Assembly: GCF_030144855.1 (NCBI RefSeq)
Contig: NC_082725.1
Span: 61,194,001-61,258,000, forward strand
Source of the DNA: Hypanus sabinus
Lineage: Eukaryota
Length of the DNA: 64,000 nucleotides
Direction: 5' to 3'
The notes beneath the pieces were generated by a model, which ran no database searches, was not told the DNA's origin, and saw nothing but the letters and a program-made list of their open reading frames with translations. The position numbers were made by a program, and so were the translations under genes. The first letter of the stretch is position 1, and every line of letters starts with the position of its first letter. This document shows positions 49,246 to 62,165 of this stretch, in pieces.

Positions 49246-50391
49246 AGGTAAATCAAGTGTAAATGAAGTGTAACAGCTACGGAGCAAGCGCAGTGCAGGT
49301 AAATAACATAGTGTGATATCATAATGAGATAGATTGTGAAGAACTAGGTAAATTGTGAGGTCAAGATGGTTATTAGGGAACCATTTGCTAGTCTTATAAC
49401 AACAGGGTAGAAGCTGGTGGTACATGCTTTCAGGTTTTGTACTTTCTACCTGATGGAAGAGGGAGGATTTATAATGGGGAATGAGAATTGACAGAGAAAT
49501 TAAACAAATACTCTGTGTCAAGCTTCATTGCAGACATAAAAAAATCCCCCCAAAAGTACAAGAAATAAGGAAATGAATATTAGCAAAAATATTGAATTGC
49601 TGGGATTGAAAGGAGATAAATTTCAAAGACCAGACTTACATCTCAGAGTTTTGGGTGAATCTCGGGTTACTAAATTTCAAAATCAGATGGATTCTAAAAT
49701 GGTTCTTCCAGACTGGAAGTCACCCCAAATGTCACCCCACTGTTTAAGAAAGTAGATAGAAATAGTGGGGCCTTTTACTGAACATTTTTATTCTACGCTC
49801 AGTTCAAGGATTTTTTGGGTTTTTTTGCACTTTATGAATGTTTTCCTAAATCAATAAATAATTATTTAAAAAGCAGTCATTAAGATATATCCCATTTTGC
49901 TCTCTTTTGACACTTATACTCAGAAGTAAGTCTAGATAGTGATAGTCACAGGCTGACTGGATATGTCTCCTCAGATTCTGCAATGATATCCATTGAACAG
50001 AGGAATCTATGGCAAGGAACTTGTTACATCAGACATGATGATAATGGGTAGCCTTAAACGTGTTTCTTTCAGAGAACACAGTGGGTTCTGGTGTTTACGG
50101 TGGTGCTTTATTCTAATATACTGTAAGTGAGCCAACCCTGTATACTCCCAGCAAGCAGGTTCAGCACTGAAGGTGACACCACCAGTCAATATCTTGCTGG
50201 CTTTATTCTACCCAGGCTGTTAGCTGCTTGGTTGGAAACTGGAGATCACTTGCAACATTTCTGCTGGGTGTTACAGCCTTGAGAGCAAAATAATGCAGGT
50301 AAATAACTTTGACAAAGTCTTCACTTCTCTCATGTAATCCACACCTTTGCTTCTCTTCACAGACAGAATGCAATAGTATATCATCTGACTG

Positions 50392-50524
50392 ATCCTGCCG
50401 AAAGGTTTCGGCCCAAAGCGTCAACTGTACTTTTTTCCACAGATGCTGCCTGGCCTGCTGAGTTCCTGCAGCATTTTGTGTGCATTGCTTGCATTTCCAG
50501 CATTTGCAGATCTTCTCTTGTTTG
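50392..50524 (+). mobile_element. short Penelope-derived insertion
   Basis: 11-bp TSD TCATCTGACTG at 50381 and 50525. Confidence 0.75.
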
Positions 50525-53500
50525 TCATCTGACTGGTTCCTGAGGTATGGATTGGCAATATAGAAAGAGGTCAAGTACATAGATCTCAGTTGTCAAGTGT
50601 TAGTGCAAATGCAAGTAGATAGAGTGGTAAAAAATCCATACCTCCCTGAAAGTAATAGAACAGAGAACATAGAAATCAACAGTCATTACAGGCCCTTCAG
50701 CCCACAATGTTGTGCAAATCAAGACTCTATCAACCCCCATCATAAATATACTCCCAATGACTTGGCCTCCACAGCCACCTGTGACAAAGAACTCCACAGA
50801 TTCACCATTCTCTGGCTAAAGAATTTCTCCTCATCTCCATTCTAAACGGCTGCCCCTCTAATCTGAGGCTGTGCCCTCTGGTCTTAGATTGCCCCACCAA
50901 GGGAAACAGATAGACAGATCATCTTTAGGGAATGGGATTAATCAGGACTTCCCCCCACCCATCCCAGGAGCTAGTATGGACCTGATGTCTCAACTGGTCT
51001 TTTTGAACTGTGGAATTCCTCCAGGATCATGTGCGTGTTGTTGTTTTTTTTCTGTTGTTACATATTAAATGCTTTTGTGCCCCATATCCAGTGGAGATTA
51101 CCTACTCCTGGGCTTTTTGCTGTCCTGATATCAATATCAGTACTTTTGCCTCTCCTCTGAAATGGCTTCACCTACTTAAGATGTTAGCAGAAACATAAAG
51201 GGAACATTCCAGTTCCCAAATGACACCACATCAATGACATTGTTGGGTAATGAAACTATGGAAAAAAACACTGGAGCAAAAAAACTGGAGAATTGTCTTC
51301 AGCTCTTATCCAGGAATGAGGCACTGAGGTAACAGAAACAAAATAACAGCATGTGGCAGATGATGATGCTCCACTTAAGACAATTTAACATTTAATTTTA
51401 TGTTTACTGAAGGAAAATAAAATTAAAGTATCTACTGTTTCTACTAAAATAAATCTGTTTATTGCCACAGTAGACATGATTAAAACTGTCATTTATTGTT
51501 GGATTTCAAACATATCTCAACATAGATAAATCATTAAAAATTACATTTAAGGCAAATAATTCATCTAATTTAAAACTCCTGATGTATTGAGATAAGCATT
51601 AAGGATAAGGATAATTCTTGGTGTCAACAGTCCAAGTATAATGTAACGCAGCTTTATACACAATTAAGGAATAAAAATTACCAAAGTTCATCCTCTGTTC
51701 TACATTTTGGGGTCATCCAGGTGTTAGAAGAGGGAAAGAAAGAACAATACCCCTATGTTACCTTCTGACACCCAGTGCAACAAGGTACAAAAGTACCACC
51801 TCTGCAGGGAAAAATCAAAACGGGTCTTGCCAATGAACCTCTACAGGTTGGTATTAAGTTTCATACCTCATTCCTTCTTTCTTCTCTCTGATTACCAATA
51901 AATACACTGATAGAGACAAGATAAGTTTTAAGCAAACAAAATAAGATTAAAACAGAATGTGAAGTTTGGATTACTGAAGCTATACCACATGAGGGTTCAT
52001 CATGAGTAAAGTCAACAATGTTTATGCAAAATCAAAAGAAAAGTTTCAACTTCAAAGGAGTGAGCCATAAACATTTTTGGAATTATATTACAAGCCTTTT
52101 AATGACATTTTTTAAAAAGAAATAGTGGGCAGTAAGATAGTGGAGACAAATATATACAACAGTAAATCTTCAACAAGGTAAGAAAGACAATGTGAAAAAG
52201 GTAGATGTTCCAAAGAAATGTGAGTAACTGATAAAACAAACAGGTCAGAATCGGGAAGAGCTCACTGAAAGTGGCCAGAAGCATAAAAGCAAGAGAAAAT
52301 CTGCAAATGCTAGAAATCAAGGCCACACACACAAACACACACACACACCCCTCCCCCCCCCCCCCCCAGAAGAACTCAGCAGGCAAGGCAGCAATCAATG
52401 TTTTGGGCTGAATCTTGATGAATGGTCTGGGAAAGGATTTGGAACAGTTCTGATGAAGGGTCTCAACAAGAATCGTATAAACTCTAGATTTAACACATCT
52501 TTTTAATGCCTACATCAATCTTTACTTCTAAAAATGGAAAAAAAACTGCAGTGGAAATACAAACAAAAAACAGAAAATCCTTTACATACTTAGCAGATCA
52601 TATGCAAATGTGAAACAATAAGCAGGGTTAATACTTTAGGTTGATATTTCATCCTCCACAGTTGTTGCCTTCATCAACATGTTCTGATGTTATTTGTAGT
52701 ATTTTGCAATCAAAAAGTTAATCAAAAGAGGCATTTCTAAACATTCTGAGGTTGGCCCACAACAAAACTGAGTGGAGCCATAGATTTTTGCTGGTGTTCA
52801 CACTGCTCTGCAATTCAAGGTTCAAAGTAAATTTATTATCAAAGTGCAGATCTGTCACCATCTACAACACTGAGATTAATTTTCTTATGGTCATACTCAA
52901 TGAATCTATACAATAGTAACTATAACAGGATCAATGAAAGATCAATCAGAGTGCAGAAGACTGTCCAAATGCAAATATAAATAAATAACAATAAATAATG
53001 AGAACATGAGATTACAAGGAAAAGGGTACTTAAAGTGAGGCCATTGGATGTGGGGACATCTCAATGGATGGGTAAGTAAGTGTAGTTATCCTCTTTGCTC
53101 AAGAGCCTGATGTTTAAGGGGAAGCAACTATTCTTGAAAACTTAAATATTATGTTTAAGTTTATTGTTTATGTTTATGTTGAACCCCAAGGTCCCTTTGT
53201 TCATCCACACTCTTAAGTAACTGACCATTAATCCTGTACTCAGTCTTCTGGTTTGTCCTTCCAAAATGCATCACCTCACACTTGTCCAGATTGAACTCCA
53301 TCTGCCATTTTTCTGCCCAACTCTGCAGCCTGTCTATATTCTCTAGTAACCTTTGACCACCTATAGCTCCATTTTCCGATCTTTGTGTCATCTGAAAACT
53401 TACTCACCCATCCTTCCGCCTCTACATCCAGGTCATTTATAAAAATCACAAATAGCAGGGGTCCCAGAACAGATCCCTGAGGCACTCCACTAGTCACCGA

Positions 53501-54363
53501 CCTCCAGGCAGAATACTTTCCTTTCACAACAACCCTCTGCTTTCTTCCTTTAAGCCAATATTTTATCCAAACAGCCAAGGTCCACTTATGACTTTCCGGA
53601 TGAGTCTCTCATGAGGGACCTTGTCAAATGCTTTGCTAAAGTCCATGTAGACTACATCCACTGGCCTACCCTTATCAATTTCTTTTGTTACCTCTTCAAA
53701 AAACTCAATCAGGCTCGTGAGGCACAATCTTCCCTTCACAAAGCCATGTTGACGATCCATGAGTAGACGGTACTTCTCCAAATGCTCATAGATCATATCC
53801 TTAAGAATCCTTTCCAGTAGTTTGCATACCACTGACGGAAGACTCAATGGTCTATAGTTCCCGGGTTTCTCCCTATTACCTTTTTTAAACAAGGGAACTA
53901 CATTTGCCATTCTCCAGTCCTCCGGCACCCCCTGCAGCCAAAGAGGATTCAAAGATCATAGCTAATGCTCCAGGGATCTATTCTTTCAATTTCCACAACA
54001 ACCTAGGGTGTATCATATCCGGCCCTGGGGATTTATCAATCTTAATGTTTTTTAGAAGATCCAGCACTTCTTCTTCCCAAATCTCCACATTGTCCAGCAC
54101 ACAGGCCCACTCTACTTCGACCTCATCCTGATCAAGATCCTTTTCACTTGTGAATACTGAAGAAAAGTATTCATGTAGGACCTCCTCAACCTCCTCCGCC
54201 TCTGGGCACATGTTGTCTTCTTTATCCTTTAGTGGTCCCACCTTCGTTCTCATCATCCTCCTGTTCTACACATACTCATAGAACACCTTGGGGTTCTCCT
54301 TAATCTACAGGCCAGGGCCTTGTCATGCCCCCTTCGAGCTCTCCTAAGTCCTTTCTTTAGCTC

Positions 54364-55619
54364 TGTGGTGAACTACATATACCTATCTGGACACGCCCCC
54401 CCCCTCCCACCCAGTGCTCCTGTGGCTCCTCCCACTGACCCCGGTATAAAGGTGATTGGAGCCTGAGCCCTGGCCTCAGTCTCCAGGATGTAGTTTGGTG
54501 GTCAATTGCTGCTTGTTCTTTCTTCCAGCCAATAAAAGCCTATATATAAAGAAAAGCCTATGTTTACCATTTACGTTAACGATTTGGATGAAGGCTGTTT
54601 ACCATTTACGTTAACGATTTGGATGAAGGCATAGAAAATAACATCAGCAAATTTGCTGATGATACTAACTGGGTGGCAGTGTGACATGTGATGAGGATGT
54701 TAGGAGAATTCAGGGTGACTTGGATAGGCTGGGTGAGTGGGCAGATACTTGGCAGATGACGTTTAATGTGAATAAGTATGAGGTTATCCACTTTGGGAGT
54801 AAGAACAGGAAGGCAGATTATTATCTGAACGGTGTAGAGTTTAGTAAGGGAGAAATACAAAGAGATCTAGGAGTCCTTGTTCATCAGTCACTGAAGGTGA
54901 ATGAGCAAGTGCAGCAGGCAGTGAAGAAGGCTAATGGAATGTTGGCCTTTATTACAATGGGAATTAAGTACAAGAGCAAGGAAATCCTCTTGCATTTGTA
55001 CAGAGCCCTGGTGAGACCACACCTGGAGTACTGTATACAGTTTTGGTCTCCAGAATTAAGGAAGGACATCCTGGCTGTAGAGGAAGTGCAGCGTAGATTC
55101 ACGAGGTTAATTCCTGGGATGTCTGGACTGTCTTACGCAGAGAGGTTAGAGAGACTGGGCTCGTACACGCTGGAATTAAGGAGATTGAGAAGGGATCTGA
55201 TTGAAACATATAAGATTATTAAGGGATTGGACAAGATAGAGGCAGGAAATATGTTCCAGATGCTGGGAGAATCCAGTACCAGAGGGCATGGTTTGAGAAT
55301 AAAGGGTTGGTCATTTAGGACAGAGTTAAGGAAAAACTTCTTCTCCCAGAGAGTTGTGGGGGTCTGGAATGCACTGCCTCGGAAGGTAGTGGAGGCCAAT
55401 TCTCTGGATGCTTTCAAGAAGGAGCTAGATAGGTATCTTATGGATAGGGGAATCAAGGGATATGGGGACAAGGCAGGAACCGGGTACTGATAGGAATTGA
55501 TCAGCCATGATCTCAGAATGGCAGTGCAGGCTTGAAGGGCCGAATGGTCTACTTCTGCACCTATTGTCTGTTGTCTATTATCTCGCCTCACGTCTCCAAG
55601 AGTTATTGATGGTGCATCA
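54364..55619 (+). mobile_element. short solo LTR (~230 bp of its own sequence) split by a CR1 insertion
   Basis: TGTGG...CATCA termini, TATAAA at ~54445, AATAAA at 54531, degenerate TSD agctc/agtta. Confidence 0.65.
54561..55578 (+). mobile_element. young 5'-truncated CR1 (same subfamily as 1-968)
   Basis: 269-aa open ORF at 54681-55490; near-identical to the window start. Confidence 0.95.
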
Positions 55620-55969
55620 AGTTACTTCCTGGCTACCCTATATTTCTCATAAACTCCTCCTCCTACTTATATCTAACATATGCTTCCTTTTTCCTTTTGA
55701 CGAGTTGCCTCACGTGTTTCGTCAGCCATGGTTCCCTTTTCCTACCATTTTTTCCTTGCCTCAATGGGACAAACCTATCCCAAATCCAGCTCAATTGGTC
55801 CCTAAACTTCTCTCACATTACTTCTGTGCTTTCCCCTTTGAACATCTGTTTCCAATTTTCTCTCACTAGTTCCTGCCTCATCCCTTCAAAGTTTGCCCTT
55901 CCCCAGTTAAGCACTTTACCATTTCATCTGATATTATCCCTTTCCATAGCTATGCTGAAGCTATGCTGA

Positions 55970-57553
55970 AACCCTGGTCAAAATTTCTGTTGCTGTGAAT
56001 AGTTAAGTGAGTAGCAGATGAACTGATCTCCAAAAGTCATAAAGTTAAAGATGAAACATTCTTTTCAACATTTTAAGCAAGAATAATGTATTAATTTTTT
56101 TGTACTATTTTAGAGTGGAAAGAAGAACCATGCAAAAATTTGGACACCCCCCAAGAGATTTGAGCTCTCAGATAACTTTTACCAAGGTCTTAGACCTTAA
56201 TTAGCTTGTTCAGGCTATGGCTTGTTCACAGTCATCATTAGGAAAGGCCACGTGATGCATATTTCAAAGCTTTATAAATACCCTGACTCCTCAAACCTTG
56301 TCCCAACAATCCGCAGCCATGGGCTCCTCTAAACAGCTGCCTAGCACTGTGAAAATTAACATAAATGATGTCCACAAAGTAGAAGAAGGCTATAATAAGA
56401 TAGTTTTCAGGTAGCTGTTTCCTCAGATCATAATGTAATTAAGAAATGGCAGTTAACAGGAACGGTGGAGGTCAAGTTGAGGTCTGGAAGACCAGGAAAA
56501 CTTTCCAAGAGAACTGCTCGTAGGATTGGTAGAAAGGCAAATCAAAACCTCTGTTTGATTACAAAAGACCTTCAGGAAGATTTAGCAGACTCTGGAGTGG
56601 TGGTGCACTGTTTTACTGTGCAGCAACTCCTGCACAAATATGACCTTCATGGAAGAGTCATCAGAAGAAAACCTTTCCTGCGTCCTCACCACAAAATTCA
56701 GCGTCAGAAGTTTGCAAAGGAACATCTAAACAAGCCTGATGCATTTTGGAAACAAGTCCTGTGGATGATGGGGTTAAAATAGAACTTTTTGGCTGTAATG
56801 GGCAAAGGTATGTTTGGAGAGAAAAGGGTGCAGAATTTCATGAAAAGAACACCTCTCCAACTGTTAAGCACAGGGGCGGATCAATCATGCTTTAGGCTTG
56901 TGTTGCAGCCAGTGGCACGGGGGACATTTCACCGGTAGAGGGAAAAATGAATTCAATTAACTACTAGAAAATTCTGGAAGCAAACATCACACCATCTGTA
57001 AAAAAAGTGAAGATGAAAAGAGGATGACTTCTACAACAGGATAATGATTCTAAACACATCTCAAAATCCACAATGGACTACCTCAAGAGGCGCAAGCTGG
57101 ATGTTTTGACATGGTCTTCATAGTCCCCGACCTAAACATCATCGAAAATCTGTGGATAGACCTCAAAAGAGCAGTGCATGCAAGACGGACCAAGAATCTC
57201 ACAGAACTAGAAGCCTTTTGCAAGGAAGAATGGGCAAAAATCCCTCAAACAAGAAATGAAAGACTCTTAGCTGGCTACAAAAAGTGTTTACAAGCTGTGA
57301 TACTTGCTAAAGGGGCTGTTGACTAAGTACTGACCATGCAGGGTGCCCAAATGTTTCCTTCGGGCCCTTTTCCTTTTTTGTTATTTTGACACCATATAAG
57401 ATGGAAATAAAAAATAATCTTGCTTAAAATATTAAAGAATTGTGTCATCTTTAACTTCATGCCTTTTGGAAATCAGGTCATCTTTTACTCGCTTAGCTAT
57501 TCACAGTAACAGAAATTTTTGACGAGGCGTGCTCAAACTTTTGCATGCCATTG
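55970..57553 (+). mobile_element. Tc1-like DNA transposon (second family), degenerate
   Basis: RSGRPGKLS..RKKPFL-like, KHLNKPDAFWKQVLW, PDLNIIENLW; inverted ends aaatttctgttgctgtgaatag / ctattcacagtaacagaaattt; ends ...attg|TA. Confidence 0.9.
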
Positions 57554-57594
57554 TATACACCACATCCATATTGACCACTGTACCTAACTGTGTA

Positions 57595-58412
57595 CAGGGA
57601 GGTTGAGCGGAGTGATGATGGCACTACACAACTTCTCCTTTCATTGCATCTTTAGAAACAGCTCTATTTCTATCTCTACTATCTTTATTTTACCATTTCA
57701 GGGTTCTTTTGAAGACCCTGACCTGGAGTTACACGCTGACCACGGTTCTTTGTGAGAATGGGACCCACTCTCGGGGTTTCATAACTGGCCATTGTTCGGC
57801 ATGCCAAGGGCTCGGCCTCAGAAATTGGCTTAGGTCTCAGGGCTCTGGAGATGGGTGGTTCGAAGGTTGTTGTTACAGGAGGAGACAGATCCATGTGCAA
57901 TCAGGGGAGTTGGATTGTCTACAGCTGTGTGCCCAGATAGTTGGGCACAGAGCTCGAAAAAAGCAACGTAATGGACTTTTAACATCGTAGACCATCAAGT
58001 TATATGTTATGTCTCCCCGCTCACTGTGAAAATGAGGACACCTCTTTCTCCCTTATTAGGGAGAGAGAGTGCCTGTGGGATGTTGAATACCAGGTGATTG
58101 CAGAGTCTTTGGGGAAACTGCAAGTCTGTGTCTTTGCTGTTGCTTTACATGTGTTTGAGTGCTCAGTGGTGGGTGCCAATGCTTTTTTTTGCCATGGGGA
58201 TAAAGGGGAATTGTTACCTGTTGTCGTTTATGCGCATGAGGGAGGGGAGTGAGGGGGAATTTGGGGTTCTAACATTTAACTGTTGTTCATTCTTTCAGGC
58301 ACTACTCTGTTTTTGTAGATGATTGCAAAGAAAAAGAATTTCAGGATGCACATTATATACATTGTATACTTTTCTCTGACATTAAATGTATCTTTGAAAC
58401 CTTTAAAACCTT
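57595..58412 (+). mobile_element. unclassified non-coding retroposon with a Rex-like 3' tail
   Basis: ends gaatttcagg..tctctgacattaaatgtatctttgaaaccttt; interrupts the minisatellite. Confidence 0.45.
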
Positions 58413-61295
58413 TAACTATATATCACATGCAATCCTGACCACTCTACTTAACTATACATCATGTCCACACTGACCACTGTACCTAACTAAACACCATGTC
58501 CACACTGACGACTGTACCTAACTATACACCAGGTCCATACTGATGACTGTACCTAATCATACACCAGGTCCACACTGACCACTGTACCTAACTATACACC
58601 ATGTCCATACTGACCACTGTACCTAACTATACACCAGGTCCACACTGACCACTGTACCTAACTATACACCATGTCCATACTGACCACTGTACCTAACTAT
58701 ACACCAGGTCCACACTGACCACTGTACCTAACTATACACCATGTCCATACTGACCACTGTACCTAACTATACACCAGGTCCACACTGACCACTGTACCTA
58801 ACTATACATCATGTCCATACTGACCACTGTATCTAACTAAACACCATGTCCACACTGACCACTGTACCTAACTATACACCAGGTCCACACTGACCACTGT
58901 ACCTAACTATACACCATGTCCATACTGACCACTGTACCTAACTATACACCAGGTCCATACTGATGACTGTACCTAATCATACACCATGTCCATACTGACC
59001 ACTGTACCTAACTATACACCAGGTCCATACTGATGACTGTACCTAATCATACACCATGTCCATACTGACCACTGTACCTAACTATACACCATGTCCATAT
59101 TGACCACTGTACCTAACTATACACCATGTCCATACTGACCACTGTACCTAACTATACACCAGGTCCATACTGATGACTGTACCTAATCATACACCAGGTC
59201 CACACTGACCACTGTACCTAACTATACACCATGTCCATACTGACCACTGTACCTAACTATACACCAGGTCCACACTGACCACTGTACCTAACTATACACC
59301 ATGTCCATACTGACCACTGTACCTAACTATACACCATGTCCATACTGACCACTGTACCTAACTATACACCATGTCCATATTGACGACTGTACCAAATCAT
59401 ACACCATGTCCATACTGACCACTGTACCTAACTATACACCATGTCCATACTGACCACTGTACCTAACTATACATCATGTCCACACTGACCACTCTACCCA
59501 ACTATACACCATGTCCATACTGACCACTGTACCTAACTATACATCATGTCCACACTGACCACTCTACCCAACTACACACCATGTCCATACTGACCACTGT
59601 ACCTAACTATACACCATGTCCATACTGACCACTGTACCTAACTATACATCATGTCCACACTGACGACTGTACCTAACTATACACCATGTCTATACTGACC
59701 ACTGTACCTAACTAAACACCAAGTCCACACTGACGACTGTACCTAACTATACATCATGTCCATACTGACCACTGTACCTAACTAAACACCAAGTCCACAC
59801 TGACGACTGTACCTAACTATACACCATGTCCATACTGACCACTGTACCTAACTATACACCATGTCCATACTGACCACTGTACCTAACTATACACCATGTC
59901 CATACTGACCACTGTACCTAACTAAACACCAAGTCCACACTGACGACTGTACCTAACTATACATCATGTCCATACTGACCACTGTACCTAACTATACACC
60001 ATGTCCATACTGACCACTGTACCTAACTAAACACCAAGTCCACACTGATGACTGTACCTAACTATACATCATGTCCATACTGACCACTATACCTAACTAT
60101 ACATCATGTCCATACTGACCACTCTACCTAACTATACACCATGTCCATACTGACCACTGTACCTAACTATACACCATGTCCATACTGACCACGGTACCTA
60201 ACTATACACCATGTCCACACTGACCACTGTACCTAACTATACACCATGTCCACACTGACCACTGTACCAAACTATACACCATGTCCACACTGACCACTGT
60301 ACCTAACTAAACACCATGTCCACACTGACGACTGTACCTAACTATACACCATGTCCACACTGACCACTGTACCTAACTATACACCAGGTCCACACTGATG
60401 ACTGTACCTAACTATACACCATGTCCATACTGACCACTGTACCTAACTATACACCATATCCATACTGACGACTGTACCTAACTATACACCATGTCCACAC
60501 TGACCACTGTACCTAACTATACACCAGGTCCACACTGATGACTGTACCTAACTATACACCATGTCCATACTGACCACTGTACCTAACTATACACCATATC
60601 CATACTGACGACTGTACCTAACTATACATCATGTCCACACTGACCACTGTACCTAACTATACACCACATCCATACTGACCACTGTACCTAACTATACACC
60701 ATGTCCACACTGATGACTGTACCTAACTATACACCATGTCCACACTGACCACTGTACCTAGCTATACACCATGTCCATACTGACGACTGTACCTAACTAT
60801 ACACCAGGTCCATACTGACGACTGTACCTAACTATACACCATGTCCATATTGACGACTGTACCTAACTATACACCAGGTCCAATACTGACCACTGTACCT
60901 AACTATACACCTGGTCCATACTGACCACTGTACGTAACTATACACTATGTTCATACTGACCACCGTACCTAATCATACACCATGTCCACACTGACGACTG
61001 TACCTAACTATACACCAGGTCCATACTGACCACTGTATCTAACTATACACCAGGTGTATACTGACGGCTGTACCTAACTATACACCATGTCCACACCGAC
61101 CACTGTACCCAACTATACACCATGTCCACACTGGTGACTGTACCTAACTATACACCTGGTCCATACTGACCACTGTACGTAACTATACACTATGTTCATA
61201 CTGACCACTGTACCTAATCATACACCATGTCCACACTGACGACTGTACCTAACTATACACCATGTCCAATACTGACCACTGTACCAAACTATACA
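58413..61295. repeat. 35-bp minisatellite, about 82 copies (ATGTCCATACTGACCACTGTACCTAACTATACACC)
   Basis: 35-nt periodicity counted directly; one orphan unit at ~57554-57590. Confidence 0.97.
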
Positions 61296-62165
61296 AATCT
61301 TTAATCCATGCCTTGGCTATTCAAATATCCATTCAGCTGTCTCTTCAATTTTATCTAACCCCGCCACCTCCTCCACTGTGAGTTCTATATATTAACCACT
61401 TTCTGCATGAAAAGCTTTTATCTCAAAATCTGATCACTCTCACCTTAAGCTTGTGTCCTCTTGTTTTAGATACCTCTACCAATTCAAAAGGGATTCCTAC
61501 TCTTCCTCTCTCTGTACCTCTCATAACTATATATATGTAGTACCTCTATCACGTTGCCCTTTGCTCTGAGGAATACAAGTTCAGCTTATCCAAACTCTGT
61601 TTTGTTACAGAATTCCTATCCAACCAGACAACATCCAGGTGACAACACACACAAAATGCTGGTGGAACACAGCAGGCCAGGCAGCATCTATAAGGAGAAG
61701 CCCTGTCGACGTCTCGGCCTGAAACGTCAACTGTGCTTCTCCTATAGATGCTGCCTGGCCTGCTGTGTTCCACCAGCATTTTGTGTGTGTTGTTTGAATT
61801 TCCAGCATCTGCAGATTTCCTCGTGTTACCATCCAGGTGAATCTTCTTTCCAATATTGAAATTCTTTGTCCCATCCAATGAAGGCAAGGGTACCTCTTCC
61901 CCACCCTATCCACTCATGCTGTCACTTTCAGGGAACTATGGACTTGTATTCCAAAGTTTTTCTGTGCATAAACAATCCTTAGGGCCCTACCATTTACTGT
62001 ACGTGCTCCACCATTATCTGACTTCCTGAAATACAAGTTGCACTGGTTAGAATTAAATTCCATCTAACATTGCTCCACCCAATTCTCCAGCAGCTCTATA
62101 TCCTGCCATTGCCTTAGACAACCTTTCTCACTATATACTATGCCCAAATTTTCATCACATTCCCA
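61296..62165 (-). mobile_element. CR1 3' fragment
   Basis: reverse-complement CR1 3' sequence (caccttaagcttgtgtcctct...; ttaaattccatct). Confidence 0.75.
61643..61829. mobile_element. palindromic Penelope-derived insertion
   Basis: 11-bp TSD CATCCAGGTGA (61632 and 61830); ~65-bp near-perfect inverted arms. Confidence 0.85.

Larger units (their letters stand above)
53180..55965 (-). mobile_element. CR1 LINE internal ORF2 fragment hosting nested insertions
   Basis: [36 protein letters not shown] on the minus strand; continues at 55625-55965. Confidence 0.9.

Noticed and set aside
58413-61295. CRISPR-like array (35-bp period)
   Set aside because: Units are head-to-tail with no unique spacers, there are no cas genes, and the context is eukaryotic; it is a minisatellite
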